From the IMG/VR virus record IMGVR_UViG_3300020045_005058, positions 1 to 39,713 of that record: a stretch of DNA of 39,713 bases. One strand, 5' to 3'. The DNA comes from a virus (taxonomy: Duplodnaviria; Caudoviricetes). The stretch's first letter is position 1. Each line of letters starts with the position of its first letter. The position numbers and the translations under genes were made by a program. Under the pieces are notes generated by a model. The model was not told the origin of the DNA. It worked only from the letters and a program-made list of their open reading frames with translations, and ran no database searches. Of this stretch, positions 35,398 to 39,713 are shown in pieces.

Positions 35398-35804
35398 CTC
35401 AACCTGTAGAGATCTCCGTCAGGTATGGGCAGCGCAAAGGTGACCCGGCCATCCAGCACCGTGATGCCCTGGGCGAAGTCAACATCGAAGTCCTGGAGGA
35501 ACTGCACTCTCAGCTCCTTGCCGGGGCGCAGGTTGCGCAGAGCAGTCTGTACGGGGCCAAACACCACCGGGTCAACCCGGAAAATAGCGCGGAAGGCGTT
35601 CTTCTGGCCGGTTCGCGCGCTCCGCTCCGTGATCCAGTGCCCCGGTTGCGTGCGATTGAGGTTCGTGACAACGCTCTTCGCTTTCATGCGGTCGTCCGGG
35701 ACGATGGTGCCCTCCCCCACGTCAAGCTGTTCGGCTGACACATTACGCCAGGTGCGGATGCTGAACTCCTGGGAAATGGCAGACTTGAACTCATCTTCAG
35801 TCAT
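35373..35804 (-). CDS. Hypothetical protein with two L.VGE/L.PG repeats
   Basis: Start MTEDEF with GGAGG RBS and ATGA overlap. Confidence 0.7.
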   Translation of the reverse strand: MTEDEFKSAISQEFSIRTWRNVSAEQLDVGEGTIVPDDRMKAKSVVTNLNRTQPGHWITERSARTGQKNAFRAIFRVDPVVFGPVQTALRNLRPGKELRVQFLQDFDVDFAQGITVLDGRVTFALPIPDGDLYRLRCLSNPFT

Positions 35805-35982
35805 TTCCGGTTCCTCCGGCGAGACGCACGCGCTCCAGCAACAAAGTATTCCCAGCACAATTGCATGAGTCCCCCACTGTATTCCCCGTTCGGTTGCCGG
35901 TCTACAATCTGCTTCTCAGCAACAGCCCTCGCCTCAAATTCAACCCTCAACTCATCTTCAGTCATTTCCGGTTCCTCCGGCG
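35788..35982. repeat. Perfect 34-bp direct repeat (35788-35821, 35949-35982)
   Basis: AACTCATCTTCAGTCATTTCCGGTTCCTCCGGCG twice. Confidence 0.95.
35801..35965 (-). CDS. 54-aa ORF bounded by the 34-bp repeat
   Basis: MTEDELRVEFEARA...CWEYF...SRRRNRK; GGAGG RBS; ATGA coupling at both ends; not in track. Confidence 0.7.
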   Translation of the reverse strand: MTEDELRVEFEARAVAEKQIVDRQPNGEYSGGLMQLCWEYFVAGARASRRRNRK

Positions 35983-36237
35983 CGCGATGCGCTGTGCCTT
36001 GGTCTTGGCTCGACGTTGCGCTTTGTCACGGATGCGACGGGGGTTAGGCTCCAGTGGCGACCTGATGTGGGGCAGCACGTCAACGAAGGCTCTCCTGGCT
36101 TCCATAGACAGTTCCCACGTCGGCGCGGTAGTTGAGACTATCCTAAAGTTGTCAATAAACCCCAGCCCTCCAAACAGGTCCTCCCTCCTAAGGCCCTCCA
36201 TGAACTCGGCAGCGGCCATCATCCGACCGTCCATCAC
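35962..36237 (-). CDS. Hypothetical protein with basic C-terminus
   Basis: GGAGG RBS; ends KAQRIARRRNRK. Confidence 0.65.
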   Translation of the reverse strand: MMDGRMMAAAEFMEGLRREDLFGGLGFIDNFRIVSTTAPTWELSMEARRAFVDVLPHIRSPLEPNPRRIRDKAQRRAKTKAQRIARRRNRK

Positions 36238-36968
36238 ACCACCTCCACAGTTATGTCGCCGTTATCGTGAGTCTCGATCAGTTTAACAGGGAACCCGGCC
36301 ACCTCGCTGCCGCCCGTCAGGAAGTCGTGCAGCAGGGGCTGCCGGGTTCTCACCCGCTTGCCTGGGAGCATGTTGGTGGACTCGTCACGCAGGGCAGGCC
36401 TGGGGCCGTTGCGCAGCCGCTGGGCATCACGGAGGCACGCAGGGTCCAGCGAGTCCAGCCGGGTGATGGTGTGGATATTCTCACCCCGTCGGTGATCCAC
36501 CCGGAATAGCACGGGATCCGTCTTCATCAGTGCCTTGACCGTCTGGATGATGACACTGTTGATACCTTTGTCAGTCTCGAAGGTCTCGTAGATGGCCATG
36601 CTCAGCAGCCGCCCCTTGTGGCCTTTGTACGCGATTCCATCGGGTAGCCGGGTGATGTGCAGCCCGTTACCGTCGGTCTTGTACTCTAGGTTGTAGCCCA
36701 TGAGCTTGGCGACACTACGCGCCTTGTGGTACGCATAACTCATCAAGGTGGCGCCTGGCACCGTGATGCCCTCGCCCACCTTGATGTCGGCGAACCGGTG
36801 ACGGTCGTTGCCTTCGCGCGGTCGCTTGACAACCCGGATGGCGCCGGTTGGCATGCGCCGTATGTAGCAGTCGAGATCGCGCGCTACACTGATGATGTTG
36901 TCGGGCGGGTCCGCAATTATCTGGCTTTCACCAGGGCGTAGCTGTGCCAGAAGGGCAAGCAGGTTCAT
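36234..36968 (-). CDS. Protein of about four tandem ~60-aa repeats (putative DNA-binding)
   Basis: AGGAG RBS; repeats QLRPGES, DIKVGEG, SMAIYET, NMLPGKR each followed by I.V/ITRL. Confidence 0.75.
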   Translation of the reverse strand: MNLLALLAQLRPGESQIIADPPDNIISVARDLDCYIRRMPTGAIRVVKRPREGNDRHRFADIKVGEGITVPGATLMSYAYHKARSVAKLMGYNLEYKTDGNGLHITRLPDGIAYKGHKGRLLSMAIYETFETDKGINSVIIQTVKALMKTDPVLFRVDHRRGENIHTITRLDSLDPACLRDAQRLRNGPRPALRDESTNMLPGKRVRTRQPLLHDFLTGGSEVAGFPVKLIETHDNGDITVEVV

Positions 36969-37011
36969 GGTAACTCCTGAATTTGTTGGTGAGGCTCCAT
37001 TGTAGCATCTT

Positions 37012-37165
37012 TTTATTAAACATTATACTTTCGGGTTTTCTGTAGACAAACTCTAATATGAATCTTCCTCTCTTTTTACATCAAGGTTAACCAAATAATT
37101 AAAAGAGAGGAAGGATGAAAGTCAAGTTTGTGGAAGAGAATCCCAAAAGTATAAGGTTTAATAAA
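37012..37165. repeat. 154-bp gapless imperfect AT-rich palindrome centred on GGTTAACC
   Basis: Hand alignment: 54 of 77 positions Watson-Crick, no indels. Confidence 0.9.
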
Positions 37166-37166
37166 T

Positions 37167-37190
37167 AAAAAGCCCCCTTTCGGAGGCTTC
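37167..37190 (-). terminator. Rho-independent terminator
   Basis: AAGCCTCC-GAAA-GGGGGCTT-TTT. Confidence 0.8.
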
Positions 37191-37196
37191 AGTGGA

Positions 37197-38150
37197 TCAT
37201 TTCTGCAGTTTTCGCTGAAGCAGGAGGTCTAGCGCCAGCTTCTCGCTCACGCTAAGCGGAATCTCATGAGGAATTGTATAATCCCAAACTTCCCATCCCG
37301 CTCCCAGCACCACGTCCGCTCCGTGGGCGGCGATCTCCGCATCAGTGACCGCGCGCCAGGGGAGGAAGAGCCGATGCTGCACGTGAGCGATCTGATGCAC
37401 TCCGTCTGGGCTCCCCGCGAGCGCAGGATCAAGCGCTCCGTGCATCCCGGTATGCGACCCGCCAGAGTGGATCGGGTTTTTCAACGCATAGATTCTCCCA
37501 TCATCAGCCGCTTTATCGAGGACATCACTGCTCCACGTATGGGAGGTGTTTATGTGTTTAACCGTGCCGATGGCAGAATCCAGCCCGTCTTTGAGATCCA
37601 CAACATCCTCGGTCTTATGTAGAATCCCCGGACACAGGAAGACCAGGTCACCTACATCGTCGTCAGCCTCGCTGTCAATTAGCGCCTTCCCAACAGGGAT
37701 CTTCATACCGGGTTGTGGCCCCCCGTTCGCGGCCATATAATCCAGAGCGCTTGAAGTCAGTTTGAACCTCTCCGCGCGCAGCTCCAGGGTATCGGGTCTG
37801 AACCCCTTCGTGTTGAAATCCCCGGTGCCCCACTGCCACACGCCGTCGTGGGTCTGAGCCAGCCAGTCAGCCCACTCAGGGGCATCCGCCCAACCAGGCT
37901 TAACACCGAGTTGATCGGCAAGCTCGGGGTAGTCCTTTGCGACAGCTTGGGCATACTCGCCTGGTGTCACTTTGACAGGACGCTGCTGCAGTGACTCCCT
38001 CCACTTCGGCCTAACCGCCCATATCATCCCTCTTGCTTGAAAGCCATCCTCAACAGCGGAAGGCTCCTCCTCATACCAGTACCAATCACCATCAGCATCC
38101 TGTGCAGCCCATTGCGCCCACTCAGGGGCGTCGGTCCAGTTGATGTTCAT
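37197..38150 (-). CDS. Phage protein with two W..APEWA domains
   Basis: INWTDAPEWAQWAAQDADGDWYW and WADAPEWADWLAQTHDGVWQW; AGGAGG RBS; ATGA coupling. Confidence 0.8.
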   Translation of the reverse strand: MNINWTDAPEWAQWAAQDADGDWYWYEEEPSAVEDGFQARGMIWAVRPKWRESLQQRPVKVTPGEYAQAVAKDYPELADQLGVKPGWADAPEWADWLAQTHDGVWQWGTGDFNTKGFRPDTLELRAERFKLTSSALDYMAANGGPQPGMKIPVGKALIDSEADDDVGDLVFLCPGILHKTEDVVDLKDGLDSAIGTVKHINTSHTWSSDVLDKAADDGRIYALKNPIHSGGSHTGMHGALDPALAGSPDGVHQIAHVQHRLFLPWRAVTDAEIAAHGADVVLGAGWEVWDYTIPHEIPLSVSEKLALDLLLQRKLQK

Positions 38151-38323
38151 GGCCACACCCTCCTAATCTCCAGCCGCCCGCAGCGCTCACAACGGCGCTC
38201 CTGCTGTACTCCCGTAGCGACCAGCGCGTTATCACGCGAGCGGAATCTTTCAACCGTAGCGGTGTCCACCCACTTGCTCCACTTGTGACCCAGTAGACAT
38301 TTAACGTCCAACATAACGGTCAT
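38147..38323 (-). CDS. Small C..GHKW..CxxC zinc-binding phage protein
   Basis: KCLLGHKW...RRCERCG; start uncertain. Confidence 0.65.
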   Translation of the reverse strand: MTVMLDVKCLLGHKWSKWVDTATVERFRSRDNALVATGVQQERRCERCGRLEIRRVWP

Positions 38324-38639
38324 ACCCCGCGAAGTCATAGATAGTCCGAAGCAGCTGAAGGTCACCGGCGCAGAGCACGTTCACTCCATGCTTCAACTCG
38401 ATGCCCAAGGAGTCCAGGTAGCAGCGCAAAGAACTCTGCTCAGGGGTGGGCGCCACTAGGAACCAGTCCTGCCAGTTGTCCTGCAGCCACTGGTAGAAGT
38501 GCAGCTCCACGATGGGCACGTCCTCCTTGCCATGGTCAGGTACCGTCACCACCTCGGCGACGTATGCGTGCAGCCTCCCATCCTCCAGCTCGCAGAGCGA
38601 CAGGGGCACGCCTTTGGGGTAGTCATTTACTGTGTTCAT
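38301..38639 (-). CDS. Hypothetical protein (start MNTVNDYP)
   Basis: GAGGA RBS; ATGA coupling. Confidence 0.7.
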   Translation of the reverse strand: MNTVNDYPKGVPLSLCELEDGRLHAYVAEVVTVPDHGKEDVPIVELHFYQWLQDNWQDWFLVAPTPEQSSLRCYLDSLGIELKHGVNVLCAGDLQLLRTIYDFAGYDRYVGR

Positions 38640-38815
38640 GTTGCAGTCCTCTGTATGTTGGCCAGACTGGGTTGGCGCCCTTCTTCTTGCGCAGCACGAT
38701 ACTCGCGCAGCATCTCGGTTGACCACGCTGTCACGGGGGATCCGAAGTCTACGGCGGATGCCCATCTGCGGGCAATCGAGCCGCAGGGGTCGGGTCTTCT
38801 GAATGGGTTTTCCAT
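38636..38815 (-). CDS. Hypothetical protein (59 aa, MENPFRRPD...)
   Basis: AGGAG RBS; first gene of the leftward operon; not in track. Confidence 0.6.
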   Translation of the reverse strand: MENPFRRPDPCGSIARRWASAVDFGSPVTAWSTEMLREYRAAQEEGRQPSLANIQRTAT

Positions 38816-38870
38816 GTTGATTCTCCTGTGATTGAGTGTTCACTATAGCCCTTTGTCTTACACTCAGCCC

Positions 38871-38917
38871 ATTGATTCTCGCTATCGCACCCCGGCATCA
38901 CTATAGCGAGAATCAAT
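38871..38917. promoter_or_regulatory. Perfect 15-bp inverted repeat ATTGATTCTCGCTAT-N17-ATAGCGAGAATCAAT in the divergent control region
   Basis: Seen directly; lies between divergent operons. Confidence 0.75.
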
Positions 38918-38972
38918 TGTAACACAGCACCTGGATGTCTTACAGTTCACTCATCAACAACGAGGCATTGAC

Positions 38973-39104
38973 ATGAAAGACCTTATTAGACTGGCGCTGT
39001 TCCTCCTGGCTATCTTCGGCGGCTCCGCCCTGATCGTCTTCGGCGTCGACCAGCTCGGCTGCGACGCCCCCATCACTTCTTCAAGCTGTGAGTGTGACAA
39101 ATGA
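38973..39104 (+). CDS. Small membrane peptide (43 aa)
   Basis: GAGG RBS; hydrophobic N-half; Cys-rich tail. Confidence 0.6.
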   Translation: MKDLIRLALFLLAIFGGSALIVFGVDQLGCDAPITSSSCECDK

Positions 39105-39277
39105 TTGAGTTCCCGGAAGACGAAGCAGATCGGCTGGAGGAGGTTCTCCGCCGCGAGAGAAGCAACATCAAGTTCGATGAGTATCGGTACGGTAAAGGGC
39201 CGAACATCGAGCGAGTCAGAAGACTACGCCGCAGGCTGGCTGAGCTGGAGCGCGTGATCAGAGGAGAAGACAAATGA
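39101..39277 (+). CDS. Hypothetical protein (58 aa)
   Basis: ATGA coupling at both ends. Confidence 0.6.
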   Translation: MIEFPEDEADRLEEVLRRERSNIKFDEYRYGKGPNIERVRRLRRRLAELERVIRGEDK

Positions 39278-39713
39278 AAACTGCTGTCCTCACAGCCAAA
39301 AACAGGATACAGCTAAAATTCTGGAGCAAAGAATCAGCTGAATTTTATTCAATCCTGGAAAAAGTTAAACTGATCGATGGCAGAAAATTTGAATCAGAAA
39401 CAAAAGCATGGACTATCCCTCTGACTCCACCAGCCATTGAAACTCTGACTCATCTGGAGTTTGATATTTCTCCAGAACTCATGACATGGTACAAGGAGGA
39501 AATAAAAAGAGTAGTAGAAATCAGAGAAGAAATCAAGCACATCGATTTTGAAGACTCTCGGCTCTACTCTTATCAGGTACCGCATGCAAAACAGATCATT
39601 GAATCGCTGCTGATTGGTCAAGCCGCTCTGGACGCATCAGACACAGGCACCGGCAAAACTTATGTAGCTCTTGCTGTTGCCAAAAAATTAAATCTGAAAC
39701 CAATAGTGCTGAC
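39274..39713 (+). CDS. SF2 (SNF2/HARP-like) helicase, 3' truncated by the window
   Basis: GAGGAG RBS; DGRKF...KAWTIP N-domain, LYSYQ Q-motif, DTGTGKT Walker A; missing from ORF track. Confidence 0.85.
   Translation, partial: MKTAVLTAKNRIQLKFWSKESAEFYSILEKVKLIDGRKFESETKAWTIPLTPPAIETLTHLEFDISPELMTWYKEEIKRVVEIREEIKHIDFEDSRLYSYQVPHAKQIIESLLIGQAALDASDTGTGKTYVALAVAKKLNLKPIVL

Noticed and set aside
37012-37165. Firm call as an N15-type telRL protelomerase site
   Set aside because: The central perfect palindrome is only 8 bp, no protelomerase is in the window, and the phage has an integrase and attP; kept only as one hypothesis
38840-38907. T7-like RNA polymerase promoters (TCACTATAG twice)
   Set aside because: Only the core matches, there is no phage RNAP in the window and no copies before late genes; reads as TATAGT -10 boxes on the - strand

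Overview
Almost the whole window is one temperate, podovirus-type tailed phage with BPP-1/T7-like virion architecture, probably of a GC-rich proteobacterial host. It appears to be in unintegrated form, because an intact attP (3' half of tRNA-Lys(CTT) flanked by GTGACCAC arm repeats) sits just before the integrase. + strand, 1-6.5 kb: YqaJ exonuclease, RecT, an excisionase-like HTH, small coupled ORFs, attP and a tyrosine integrase. - strand, 34.6 to 6.5 kb: terS, terL, portal, scaffold, major capsid, cement, an AT-richer fibre/SGNH cassette, tail tubes A/B, ejection proteins (one with a lytic transglycosylase; one ~1950-aa polyvalent protein with two ADP-ribosyltransferase-like domains and a zincin), tailspike and a GH108 lysis cassette. 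Right end: small - strand genes, a divergent control region and the start of an SF2 helicase. The most unusual non-coding signals are a ~490-nt structured RNA candidate with its own promoter and terminator upstream of terS, three 19-nt-periodic UUCUCA hairpins in the capsid leader, a gapless 154-bp palindrome, a dispersed GWTGCG..CAAC operator motif, and a gene bounded by a 34-bp duplicated gene junction. All calls come from manual reading of motifs; no searches were run.
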